Of a DNA stretch of 64,000 nucleotides, positions 27,970 through 36,090 are shown piece by piece (within the stretch, counting starts at the first letter, position 1; each line of letters begins with the position of its first letter). Source of the DNA: Desulfatibacillum sp. (GTDB lineage Bacteria > Desulfobacterota > Desulfobacteria > Desulfobacterales > SpSt-501); contig DYEU01000031.1 of the NCBI GenBank assembly GCA_020725555.1, forward strand, positions 52,761-116,760, written 5' to 3'. Position numbers and translations under genes: made by a program. The notes below the pieces were generated by a model. The model ran no database searches. It saw only the letters and a program-made list of their open reading frames with translations, and was not told where the DNA came from.

Positions 27970-29139
27970 ATGCGGCGGACGATGGAAGCGGCGGACATTC
28001 TCTTCGTGGACGACGACCGGGCGATCCTGGACCTCGTGGCCGAGTACCTCGAGGAGGCGGGCTACCGCGTGGAGTGCGCCGACAACGGCCTGCGCGCCCT
28101 CGAGCGCATCCGCGAGCGGCCGTTCGCCGTCGTCTTCACCGACATCAAGATGCCCGACATCGACGGCATCGAGCTCTTGAGCGCCATCAAGGCCCTGCGG
28201 CCCGAAACCGCCGTCGTCATGGTGACCGGACACGGGACGATGGAGTCGGCGATCCGCGCCATGAAGGCCGGGAGCTACGATTACCTGCAGAAGCCCTTCA
28301 AGCTCCCCGTCCTCCGGGACATCGTCGTGCGCATCCTCGGCGAGCGCCGGGCGCAGGGCGATGCGGGGCGGCCGGCCCCGCGCGGGGCCCTCCGGCACCG
28401 CTTGGGCCGGCTGGTCGGCATCAGCCCGCGCATGCAGGAGGTCTACGAGGGTCTCGAACGGGTGCGGGCGGGGGCCGGCCCGGTGCTGATCGAGGGCGAA
28501 AGCGGCACCGGCAAGGAGCTCGCCGCGCGGGTGCTCCACGAGCTCTCCGGGCCGGCCGAGCGGCCGTTCGTGGCCGTCGCCTGCCGCAGCGGCTTCCGCG
28601 GGCTCGAGGCCGAGGCCGCCGCGGAGCGCTTCGCCGAACTCTGGGCCGCCGCGGGGGAGGGGACGGTCTACCTCGACGAGCTCTGCGATCTGCCCGCCGT
28701 GGCCCAGGAAGCCCTTGCGCGCCTGGTCCGCTCCCGGCCGGCTTCCGCCGAGCCGGCCCTCCGGCCGCAGGCCCGGCTCGTCGCGGCGACCCAGAAGGCG
28801 GTGCGCGAGGCGCTCGCCCGCGGGGAGCTCGATGCCGGTCTCTTTCCGCTCTTCGGCGGCGCGCTGATCCGCATGCCGCCGCTCCGCGAGCGCCTGGAGG
28901 ACCTCTGTCTCCTCGTCCACCACTTCCTGGAGCGCTTCAACGCGCGGGGCGCCCGCCCGGTGTACACCGTGACCCCCGAGGTGATGGACATCCTGCACGC
29001 CTACCGCTGGCCGGGAAACCTGATCCAGCTCGAGAACGTGATCGAGCGCGCCTTCGCCCTCGGGGTCGAGGCGGTGATCCGCGTCGAGGACCTGCCGCCC
29101 GAGATCCAGACCGCGGGCGCGGTCCGGCGGATCTCCTGA
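27970..29139 (+). CDS. response regulator with a degenerate sigma-54-type AAA+ domain (no GAFTGA, no HTH)
   Basis: Receiver motifs are present (DDD, TDIKMPDIDG, QKPF). The AAA+ domain has GESGTGKE and YLDELCDL, but the GAFTGA segment is absent and WPGNLIQLEN replaces the GNVRELEN motif. The protein ends right after the AAA+ lid. Confidence 0.8.
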   Translation: MRRTMEAADILFVDDDRAILDLVAEYLEEAGYRVECADNGLRALERIRERPFAVVFTDIKMPDIDGIELLSAIKALRPETAVVMVTGHGTMESAIRAMKAGSYDYLQKPFKLPVLRDIVVRILGERRAQGDAGRPAPRGALRHRLGRLVGISPRMQEVYEGLERVRAGAGPVLIEGESGTGKELAARVLHELSGPAERPFVAVACRSGFRGLEAEAAAERFAELWAAAGEGTVYLDELCDLPAVAQEALARLVRSRPASAEPALRPQARLVAATQKAVREALARGELDAGLFPLFGGALIRMPPLRERLEDLCLLVHHFLERFNARGARPVYTVTPEVMDILHAYRWPGNLIQLENVIERAFALGVEAVIRVEDLPPEIQTAGAVRRIS

Positions 29140-29160
29140 CCCCCCGCGGCCCCCGCCCGC

Positions 29161-29733
29161 TCAGTCCGGCACCCCCGGGGCCGTGCGCAGCAGGATCGTG
29201 AGCCGCACGCCCGGGACCCCCCACGCGTCGAGCGCGCACTGCAGCCGGGCGACCGTCGGGACGCCGGGCGGCAGCACGAGGTCGAAGGCGAGCCGTGTTT
29301 CGCGAAAGCCCCACCCCCCGCACCGCGGGCAGACCCCGGCGTAGCCGCCCCGCCCGCCGCAGGCGCCGCAGGGCAGGCCGACGGGCAGGCGCAGCGGAAA
29401 AACCCCGCCCCGCCGCGCTTCCCGCGGGCTGAGCACGACCTCGAGGGCGATCTCCAAGCCTGCGCCGCGCGGCCGGGCGCGCGCCGGGCGCGCGCGCCGC
29501 GGCGGCGGCGGCGGCGGGGATTCCCGGCGGGCAAGGAGCGCGTCGTAGGAGCGGCGGCGCTCGGGCCGGCCGAGCGTCTCGTAGGCTTCGGTCACGTCGC
29601 GGAAGGCGGCGGCATCGGCGGTCGGGCCGCCCACGTCGGGGTGGAGCTCTTTGACCCGGCGGCGGAAGGCGCGCCGGATCTGGCGGGTCGTCGCTTCGCG
29701 GCTGACGCCCAGGATGAGGTAGTAATCTTTCAT
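29161..29733 (-). CDS. J-domain protein with one CxxCxGxG zinc-finger pair (short DnaJ-like)
   Basis: DYYLILGV...HPD J domain, then CGACGGRG and CPRCGGWG. Confidence 0.8.
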   Translation of the reverse strand: MKDYYLILGVSREATTRQIRRAFRRRVKELHPDVGGPTADAAAFRDVTEAYETLGRPERRRSYDALLARRESPPPPPPRRARPARARPRGAGLEIALEVVLSPREARRGGVFPLRLPVGLPCGACGGRGGYAGVCPRCGGWGFRETRLAFDLVLPPGVPTVARLQCALDAWGVPGVRLTILLRTAPGVPD

Positions 29734-29775
29734 CCCCTCGCGTCACAGGCCGCCCGGCGGCGGAAGGCGGCTTGC

Positions 29776-29819
29776 GGCCGCGGGTCCCCCCCGCAGATCG
29801 GGAGGGGCGACCCGCGGCC
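29776..29819 (-). promoter_or_regulatory. 11-bp stem hairpin between hsp20 and the J-protein gene
   Basis: GGCCGCGGGTC (29776-86) pairs with GACCCGCGGCC (29809-19). Could be an attenuator, a processing site or a weak terminator. Confidence 0.35.
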
Positions 29820-29827
29820 TTGGGTCT

Positions 29828-30232
29828 TCAGGCACTCTGGACGGTGATCTTGCGGGGGGTCGCCTTTTCGACCTTGGGCAGGGTCAGGCGCAGCACCCCG
29901 TCCTGCAGCTTCGCCTCGATGCGGTTCTGGTCGATCACCTCGGAAAGGGTGAACTGGCGGTAGAACCGGCCCGTTTCGTACTCGACCAGGAGATCCTCCT
30001 CGTCGGGGTGCTCGAAGGGCTCGACGTCGCCCACGATCGTGAGGATGTTGTCGCGCAGATCGATGCTGAGCGTCTTCGGCTTCACCCCCGGGACGTCGGC
30101 GAGCAGCGTGATCGCCTTGTCGGTCTCGAAGATGTCCACATCCGGCGTGAACGTCGGGCCGGGGGTCGTCTGCTCGGCCTTTGCGGCAAGCTCCTGCTTC
30201 TCCTTCACCTTCAGCTCCTTGCTCTCGGCCAT
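29828..30232 (-). CDS. Hsp20/alpha-crystallin small heat-shock protein
   Basis: 134 aa with an alpha-crystallin pattern (DIFETDKAITLLADVPGV...GVLRLTLPK). The start is trimmed to ATG 30230-30232. Confidence 0.9.
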   Translation of the reverse strand: MAESKELKVKEKQELAAKAEQTTPGPTFTPDVDIFETDKAITLLADVPGVKPKTLSIDLRDNILTIVGDVEPFEHPDEEDLLVEYETGRFYRQFTLSEVIDQNRIEAKLQDGVLRLTLPKVEKATPRKITVQSA

Positions 30233-30249
30233 CGCCTTCACCTCCCTTC

Positions 30250-30699
30250 TCATTTCACCGTGATCTGACGGGGCTTGCTCGCCTCGGCCTTGGGGACGAC
30301 GATCGTGAGGATGCCGTCTTCGAGCCGGGCTTCGACCTTGTCGGGGTTGATTTCGCCGGGCAGCCCGATGACGCGCGAGAATTTCCCGGACTCGCGCTCC
30401 CGGCGATGGTAACGGGCATTGGAATTCTCGGCGGGGATCTTGCGCTCGCCGGAGATCGAGACGCTGTTGCCCGTCGCCTGGATGTCGAGGTCGGCGGCGG
30501 TCATTCCGGGGAGCTCCGCGCGGATGAAGTAGCTCTCCTTGGTCTCGGTCAGGTTGACGAGCGGGAAGACCCCGGAAACCGGGCGCGGCGAGGCCCACTC
30601 CTCGAACAGGCGGTCCATCTGGCGCCGCATGCGCTCGAGCTCGACGAACGGCGAGCGGGAAAACCATCCGGGAAAGCCGGTCAGCCTGCGGTAGATCAT
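30250..30699 (-). CDS. Hsp20/alpha-crystallin small heat-shock protein
   Basis: 149 aa (NLTETKESYFIRAELPGM...GILTIVVPK) with a GGAGGAG RBS. It ends 17 nt upstream of the second hsp20. Confidence 0.9.
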   Translation of the reverse strand: MIYRRLTGFPGWFSRSPFVELERMRRQMDRLFEEWASPRPVSGVFPLVNLTETKESYFIRAELPGMTAADLDIQATGNSVSISGERKIPAENSNARYHRRERESGKFSRVIGLPGEINPDKVEARLEDGILTIVVPKAEASKPRQITVK

Positions 30700-30749
30700 G
30701 GTTCTCCTCCTTTCTCGTTGCGGTGATGTTGCACTGCGTTGGCGCCGGT

Positions 30750-30778
30750 AAGGTAGGATCGAAAAGTTGGATGTCAAG
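30750..30778 (-). promoter_or_regulatory. candidate promoter (sigma-70 or heat-shock type) of the hsp20 operon
   Basis: On the minus strand, CTTGACA-N16-TACCTT lies in a markedly AT-rich island. A second TTGACA sits 27 nt further upstream (30799-30804). Confidence 0.3.
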
Positions 30779-30912
30779 ACAATGATGAGCATGAAGAATG
30801 TCAATGATTGATTTGAATTAGGCGGTTTTAGTAATGGAGATTGGGTGAGGCGGAGCCCCGCGCGCGGCGGCCCGGCCGCCGGGGTGCGGCCAGAGAACCG
30901 GTCGGCGTTTCT

Positions 30913-31587
30913 TCAGCCGCGTTCGGGTGGCAGGGTGAGCGTTTGCCCGGCTTTCAGCGGCGCCTTGGGGTCGAGCCGGTTCAGCTTGACGAGTTCGTCG
31001 AAGGCGACCTTGTAACGCCGGCTGATGCCGTAGAGGGTTTCCCCCTTCTGCACGACATGCACCCGGGGCTGGGCCGCCGGCTTCACGGCGGCGGGGGCGG
31101 CGGCCGGCTTGGCGGCCGCTTCGGCGGGCTTGACCGCGGCTGCGGGCTCTTGGGGGCGGGCCGCCGGCCGGGCGGCGTCGCGGGCGAGCTGGTCGAATTT
31201 CTTGTTCCAGGCGGCTTCCAGCTGGGCGAGGCGCTCGGCGAGGGCGGCCGTCTCTTTGTCGCGGCGCTCGAGCCGGGCGAGGCCGCTTTCCATGGCCTCG
31301 AGCCGGGAGAGTTTCTCCTCCACCGCGCGCAACCGGGAATCGATTCCTTTCAGGGCCTCGCGCTCGGAGCCCCGCGGCGAGCCGGTGAGAAAGAGCAGCG
31401 CCAGGACGATGAGGACGAGCAGGCCCGCGCCGGCGACCACCAGGGGTTTGAGCGATTTTCTCCACTCCGTCCCCTCGCCCGCGCTGCGGCCGTAGGCGTA
31501 AGGCTCTTCGGGTTCTTCGCGCCTGGAGGCGCTCCCGCTGAGGACGAAGCTTTCTTTGGATTCGGATTCGCGGTCGGACGGATGCAT
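30913..31587 (-). CDS. LysM peptidoglycan-binding protein with a membrane anchor and coiled coil
   Basis: The C-terminal LysM reads HVVQKGETLYGISRRY...LKAGQTLTLP. One TM segment is followed by a heptad-like region. Confidence 0.8.
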   Translation of the reverse strand: MHPSDRESESKESFVLSGSASRREEPEEPYAYGRSAGEGTEWRKSLKPLVVAGAGLLVLIVLALLFLTGSPRGSEREALKGIDSRLRAVEEKLSRLEAMESGLARLERRDKETAALAERLAQLEAAWNKKFDQLARDAARPAARPQEPAAAVKPAEAAAKPAAAPAAVKPAAQPRVHVVQKGETLYGISRRYKVAFDELVKLNRLDPKAPLKAGQTLTLPPERG

Positions 31588-31596
31588 GCGGCGTCC

Positions 31597-32118
31597 CTAC
31601 TCCTGTGCCGGGGTTTTGACGTTGCCCTCGAAGGGCTCGGGGTTGGCGAAATAGCCCTCCGGGTCGGCCAGCAGCTTGTCCAAGCGGTAGCGGTAGTAGC
31701 CGATGCGCACGCGCTTGTTTTTCTGCGAGCCGAAATACTCGAGCGGCTGCTCTTCGAGCTCGGCGATCCGTTTTTCGAGCTTCTCCCGCTCGCGGGCGAT
31801 CAGCTCCGCGCGCGTCGGGGGAGCCTGGCGGCGCACGGCCTCGGCCTGGCGCCGTTCCGCCTCCTCGCGCGCCTTCTCGGCTTCGAGTTCCTGGAGGACG
31901 GCCTCGACGCCGGCGTCGCCCGGCTCCGCGGCGCCGGGGGGGGCGGGCGCCGGGGCGGCTTCCTCGAACATCCGCCGCACGTCGCGGGCGTCCGCCGGCG
32001 GCCGGTTGCCGAAGACGACCGTCCCGTCGCGGTCGACCCAGCGGAAGACATCCGCGTTGAGGTAGGAGAGCCCGGGGAGCAGAAAACAGGCGAGGGCGGC
32101 GAGGAGGCGCAGTTTCAT
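31597..32118 (-). CDS. DUF4124 domain protein with signal peptide and E/R-rich coiled coil
   Basis: DVFRWVDRDGTVVFGNRPP follows a signal peptide. 173 aa. Only the last 173 aa of the 1408-aa track ORF are real. ATGA overlap with the PilZ gene. Confidence 0.75.
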   Translation of the reverse strand: MKLRLLAALACFLLPGLSYLNADVFRWVDRDGTVVFGNRPPADARDVRRMFEEAAPAPAPPGAAEPGDAGVEAVLQELEAEKAREEAERRQAEAVRRQAPPTRAELIAREREKLEKRIAELEEQPLEYFGSQKNKRVRIGYYRYRLDKLLADPEGYFANPEPFEGNVKTPAQE

Positions 32119-32663
32119 TTCGGTTCTTCCACGAAGCGCCGGATGGCGCTCCCCTGGGAAGGCGGCAGGGGCTCGAACTTGACCCCGAAACCCTCCGGCC
32201 CGCTCCAGGCGATGCGGCCGCGGAGGGAAAAGGGCTGGCGATGATCGGGAAGCGTGAAATTGAGAATGACCTCCTCGCCCACGGTGAAACGCTCGCGGGT
32301 CTCGACGAAGACGCCCCCGATGCTGATGTCCAGAATGTAGCTGCGGCAATCCCGGCCGCGGACGCGGTAGTCGGCGTTGATCAGGCAGGATTTGCGGGGG
32401 TATTCGCGCATCCGCGGCTCGCTTCCCTCCAGGCGGAGCGTCCTTTCCCCGGCGTCGCTCTCGCCCATCCGGCCGAGCTGCTCGAGCAGCTGGAGCTGCT
32501 CGCTTTCGGGCATGGCGACGATCAGCTGGAAGATCTCGCGCGTGACCCGCTCGCCGGCGAGCTGCCGCAGGAGCAGGAACTGCTGCTCCCGGCTCATGCG
32601 GCTGACCCGCTGAAAGAGCCGGAGGGTCGTGTCGTGTCTTCCGTTGTCGAGATCGGCGAGCAT
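32115..32663 (-). CDS. PilZ domain protein (putative c-di-GMP receptor)
   Basis: REYPRKS...ILDISIGGVFVET matches the RxxxR...D/NxSxxG PilZ signature. A helical N-terminal half precedes it. The start is trimmed to ATG 32661-32663. Confidence 0.75.
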   Translation of the reverse strand: MLADLDNGRHDTTLRLFQRVSRMSREQQFLLLRQLAGERVTREIFQLIVAMPESEQLQLLEQLGRMGESDAGERTLRLEGSEPRMREYPRKSCLINADYRVRGRDCRSYILDISIGGVFVETRERFTVGEEVILNFTLPDHRQPFSLRGRIAWSGPEGFGVKFEPLPPSQGSAIRRFVEEPK

Positions 32664-32759
32664 GGCCTTGCTTTCTCTCCCCGGCCGGTGGGGGCGGAGC
32701 CATCGGGGCCGGGGGGCATTCTGCACGTCCCCCCACTCTACCGCAGCCGCAGGGGGGAG

Positions 32760-33218
32760 TCAAAGCCCGGGGGGCGCTCCGCCGGCCGTCCCGGGGTGCG
32801 GCGGGCCTTCCTCCCCGAGGAGCTCCAGGCGCCATCCGAGCTCGGCCACCCCGCGCACGGTGGCGGCGACCGAGCAGTATTTTTCCTGCGACAGCCGGAT
32901 CGCCTGCTCGGCCGCCTTGGCGGTCAGCCCCCGTCCCGCCAGGCGGTAGACGAGGTCGATGCGGCGGTAGGGCCAGGGCGGCTCCGGGTCGCGCTCGGCC
33001 GCGGTGAGCACCTCGAAGAAGCGCAGCTCGATGCGCTTCTTGCGCAGGATCTCGACCACATCCACGGCCGAGCAGGCGGCGAGCGCGATCAGCAGGAGCT
33101 CGGAGGGTTTCGCGCCGATGGCCTCGGTCTGGCCGGAAAGGACGACCGCGTGGCGTCCGGAGTCGATGCCGACGAAGTGGGTTTCGCCGATCCAGCGCAC
33201 GGTGGTGCGGACGGTCAT
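32760..33218 (-). CDS. OsmC family peroxiredoxin-like protein
   Basis: PSELLLIALAACSAVDV and EKYCSVAATV, the two-Cys OsmC pattern. GGAGGTG RBS. Confidence 0.85.
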   Translation of the reverse strand: MTVRTTVRWIGETHFVGIDSGRHAVVLSGQTEAIGAKPSELLLIALAACSAVDVVEILRKKRIELRFFEVLTAAERDPEPPWPYRRIDLVYRLAGRGLTAKAAEQAIRLSQEKYCSVAATVRGVAELGWRLELLGEEGPPHPGTAGGAPPGL

Positions 33219-33340
33219 GGGAACACCTCCCGGTAGGGTTCCCGGCGCCGGGCGGCGGCCGGAGGGCCGCGGGGCCGGGGGGTTCAAGCTTGGTAGCCCA
33301 TTCCGCGGCGAAAGTCGAGCCGGCCGCACGGGGCGGCCGT

Positions 33341-33370
33341 TTGACACGACGGCGGGATCCGCGGTCTAAT
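33341..33370 (+). promoter_or_regulatory. candidate sigma-70 promoter of the gcvT-SHMT fusion gene
   Basis: TTGACA-N18-TCTAAT, about 60 nt upstream of ATG 33433. Confidence 0.4.
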
Positions 33371-33432
33371 GCACCCCGGCCCGCATCGCCGCTTCGCTCA
33401 CCCCCTCCGGGGCGCTTTGGGCCCCGGGCCGC

Positions 33433-36090
33433 ATGTGGAGCTTCGCCATGGCGCACAGAACCCCGCTCTTTGAACGCCACCGGGCGCTCGGGGCCGCCTT
33501 CACCGAGTTCGCCGGCTGGGAGATGCCCCTGCACTACGCCGCCGGCATCGTCTCCGAGCACCTCGAGACCCGCCGCCGCTGCGGGCTCTTCGACATCTCC
33601 CACATGGGCCGCTTCCGCGTCACGGGCCCGGAGGCGCTCGCCTTGCTGCAGCGGGTGCTCAGCAACAACGCGGCCGCCCTCAACCCCGGGGAGGCCCAGT
33701 ACACCCTGCTCCCCGACGCCTCCGGCGGCGCCCTGGACGACGCCTACCTCTACCGGCTCACGGCCGGGGAGTACCTCCTCGTGGTCAACGCCGCCAACCG
33801 GGAGCGGGACCTCGAGCACCTGCAGGCCGCGGCGGGCGACGTTCCCGGGGTCGCGCTCGCGGACCTCACCTGCGAGACGGCCATGCTGAGCCTCCAGGGG
33901 CCGGAATCGCGGGGGATCCTCGCTTCGCGGCTCGGGGGGGGCTGCCTGCCCGAGCCCTTCCGCAACCGCCTCTGCGCGGCCTCCTGGCAAGGGGCCCCGC
34001 TGTGGATCAGCCGCACAGGATACACCGGCGAGCCGATCGGCTTCGAGATCTTTTGCGCGCCGGAGACCGCCCTCTCTCTCTGGGACGCTCTGGCCGCCGC
34101 CGGGGCCCAGCCGGTGGGTCTGGGCGCGCGTGACACGCTGCGCCTGGAGGCCGGCCTGCCGCTCTACGGCCACGAGCTGGGCCTGGACCCCGCGGGGCGG
34201 CCGATCCCCGTCTTCGCCTGCCCGGCCGCCCGCGCCGCCGTCAGCCTCTCGCCCCTCAAGGGCGACTTCGTGGGGCGGGAGCCGCTCACGCGGCAGTTCG
34301 AGGCCTGGCGCCGCTTCCTCGCCCGGGATTTCGCCCGCCTCGAGGATCTGCCGCGGCTCATCCGGCCGATCGCGCTGATCGACCGCGGGATCGCGCGGGC
34401 CGGGGCGACCGTGCTCCGGGCCTCGCAGCCGGCGGGATGGGTGACCAGCGGGACCATGGTGCCCTACTGGGTGACGGCGGGGGAGGGGCTCGCCTCGGTC
34501 CAGACCGGCGAGAAGGGCATGCGCGCCATCGGCCTCGCCCTGATCGACAGCGACCTCGAGGAGGGCGACGAGATCGAGATCGACATCCGCGGCCGGCCGG
34601 CGCGCGCCGTGATCGTCCCCTGCCACCTGCGCAACGAGGCCCCGCCCCGCGCCTGGCCCGTGCTCTGGCCCGAGGGCGGGGCGGAGCCGCCTGCCGCCCC
34701 CGCCGGCGACCCCGCCGCCCGGACGGCCGCGCTGGTCGCCCGGGCGGTCGAAAACCACCGCTGGCGCCAGGAAGCCTGCATCAACCTGATTCCCTCGGAG
34801 CAGACGCCTTCGCGGCTCGTGCGGCTGCTCTCCGTCACCGACCCCGTCGGCCGCTACGCCGAGCACAAGGCCCTCAAGGCGTTCCGCGAGGCCGACGTCT
34901 TCTTCTACCAGGGGACCGCCTTCATCGGCGAGGTGGAGCGGATGCTCGTCGACGGGCTGCGCCGCATGTTCGGCTGCCGCAACGTCGAGGTGCGCCCCAT
35001 CTCCGGGCAGATGGCCAACATGGCCGTCTACGGCGCCCTCCTCGACTTTCTCAACCGGGCCGACCGGCGGCGCGAGCCGCGCCGGCTGCGCGCGGTCCTC
35101 AACCACCACATCATCCGCGGCGGGCACCTGAGCGCGCAGCCTTCGGGGGCGCTGAAGGATTTCGTGATGCGCGAGTCGCGGCGCGAGCGGCCGGCGGCGC
35201 TCCCCTTTCCGGTGCTGCCCGAGGACCCCTTCCGCATCGACCTCGCCGCGACCCGCGAGCTGATCGCGGCGGCCCGCCCCGAGCTCGTGATCCTTGGCCG
35301 CAGCCTGACGATCTACCGCGAGCCCGTGGCCGAGATCCGGGCCGCCCTCCGCGAAACCGGCGTGCCGGCGGTCCTGATGTACGACGCGGCCCACGTCCTC
35401 GGGCTGCTCGGGCCCTCCTTCCAGCAGCCCTTCGCCGAGGGCGCCGACATCCTCACCGGCTCGACGCACAAGACCTTCTTCGGGACGCAGCGGGGACTCG
35501 TCGCCTGCGATTTCCCCCCCCGCGACCCCCGCTACCCCCTCTGGGAGGCGATCGAGCGGCGCACTTTCCCGGGCAGCCTGAGCAACCACCACCCGGGGAC
35601 CCTCCTCGGGCTGCTCGCGGCCACCTACGAGATGGAGCGCTTCGGCGAGGCCTACCGCGCGGCGGTGATCGAAAACGCCAAGGCCTTCGCCGCCGCGCTC
35701 GCCGCCTGCGGGCTGCGCGTGGCCGGGGACCCGGCCCTGTCCCACACCGAGACCCACCAGGTGATCCTGCTCGTGGGCTACGCCCGCGGGCCGCGGATCG
35801 CCAGGCGGCTCGAGGAAAACCACATCCTGCTCAACTTCCAGGCGGCCCCCGACGAGGAAGGCTTCACCGCCGCCGGCGCGCTGCGCATGGGCGTGCAGGA
35901 GATGACCCGCTTCGGCATGGGGCCCTCCGATTTCGCCGCGCTCGCCCAGCTGATCGCCGATTGCATCCTGCGCAAGACCCCGGTCGGCGAGGAGGTGAAG
36001 CGGCTGCGCCGCCGCTTCCGCGAGATGCGCTACTGCTTTTCGGGGCCCGAGGCCGAGGCCTGGCTCGAGCGGCTGCGGGAGCTGACCTGA
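33433..36090 (+). CDS. fusion protein: glycine-cleavage T-type aminomethyltransferase (N) and serine hydroxymethyltransferase-like PLP domain (C)
   Basis: A single 885-aa ORF. The N half has TPLFERH, FDISHMGRF, TGYTGE and GLGARDTLRLEAGLPLYG. The C half has INLIPSEQTPS, GRYAEH and GSTHKTFFG with the PLP lysine. The start may be 33433 or 33448. Confidence 0.8.
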   Translation: MWSFAMAHRTPLFERHRALGAAFTEFAGWEMPLHYAAGIVSEHLETRRRCGLFDISHMGRFRVTGPEALALLQRVLSNNAAALNPGEAQYTLLPDASGGALDDAYLYRLTAGEYLLVVNAANRERDLEHLQAAAGDVPGVALADLTCETAMLSLQGPESRGILASRLGGGCLPEPFRNRLCAASWQGAPLWISRTGYTGEPIGFEIFCAPETALSLWDALAAAGAQPVGLGARDTLRLEAGLPLYGHELGLDPAGRPIPVFACPAARAAVSLSPLKGDFVGREPLTRQFEAWRRFLARDFARLEDLPRLIRPIALIDRGIARAGATVLRASQPAGWVTSGTMVPYWVTAGEGLASVQTGEKGMRAIGLALIDSDLEEGDEIEIDIRGRPARAVIVPCHLRNEAPPRAWPVLWPEGGAEPPAAPAGDPAARTAALVARAVENHRWRQEACINLIPSEQTPSRLVRLLSVTDPVGRYAEHKALKAFREADVFFYQGTAFIGEVERMLVDGLRRMFGCRNVEVRPISGQMANMAVYGALLDFLNRADRRREPRRLRAVLNHHIIRGGHLSAQPSGALKDFVMRESRRERPAALPFPVLPEDPFRIDLAATRELIAAARPELVILGRSLTIYREPVAEIRAALRETGVPAVLMYDAAHVLGLLGPSFQQPFAEGADILTGSTHKTFFGTQRGLVACDFPPRDPRYPLWEAIERRTFPGSLSNHHPGTLLGLLAATYEMERFGEAYRAAVIENAKAFAAALAACGLRVAGDPALSHTETHQVILLVGYARGPRIARRLEENHILLNFQAAPDEEGFTAAGALRMGVQEMTRFGMGPSDFAALAQLIADCILRKTPVGEEVKRLRRRFREMRYCFSGPEAEAWLERLRELT

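Noticed and set aside
30729-30746. A possible sigma-54 promoter for the hsp20 operon (minus strand GGCGCC-aacgca-GTGCAA).
   Set aside because: The GG to GC distance is two nucleotides too long relative to TGGCAC-N5-TTGC, so it does not fit the rigid sigma-54 spacing.
33371-33432. A glycine riboswitch upstream of the gcvT-type gene.
   Set aside because: The leader is only about 60 nt, and I could not find the conserved glycine-riboswitch core. A covariance-model scan would settle it.
32119-35823. The upstream 1235 aa of the 1408-aa minus-strand track ORF 31597-35823.
   Set aside because: It is antisense to the PilZ, OsmC and GcvT-SHMT genes and has an R/G/P-rich composition. Only the final 173 aa (signal peptide plus DUF4124) behave like a gene.
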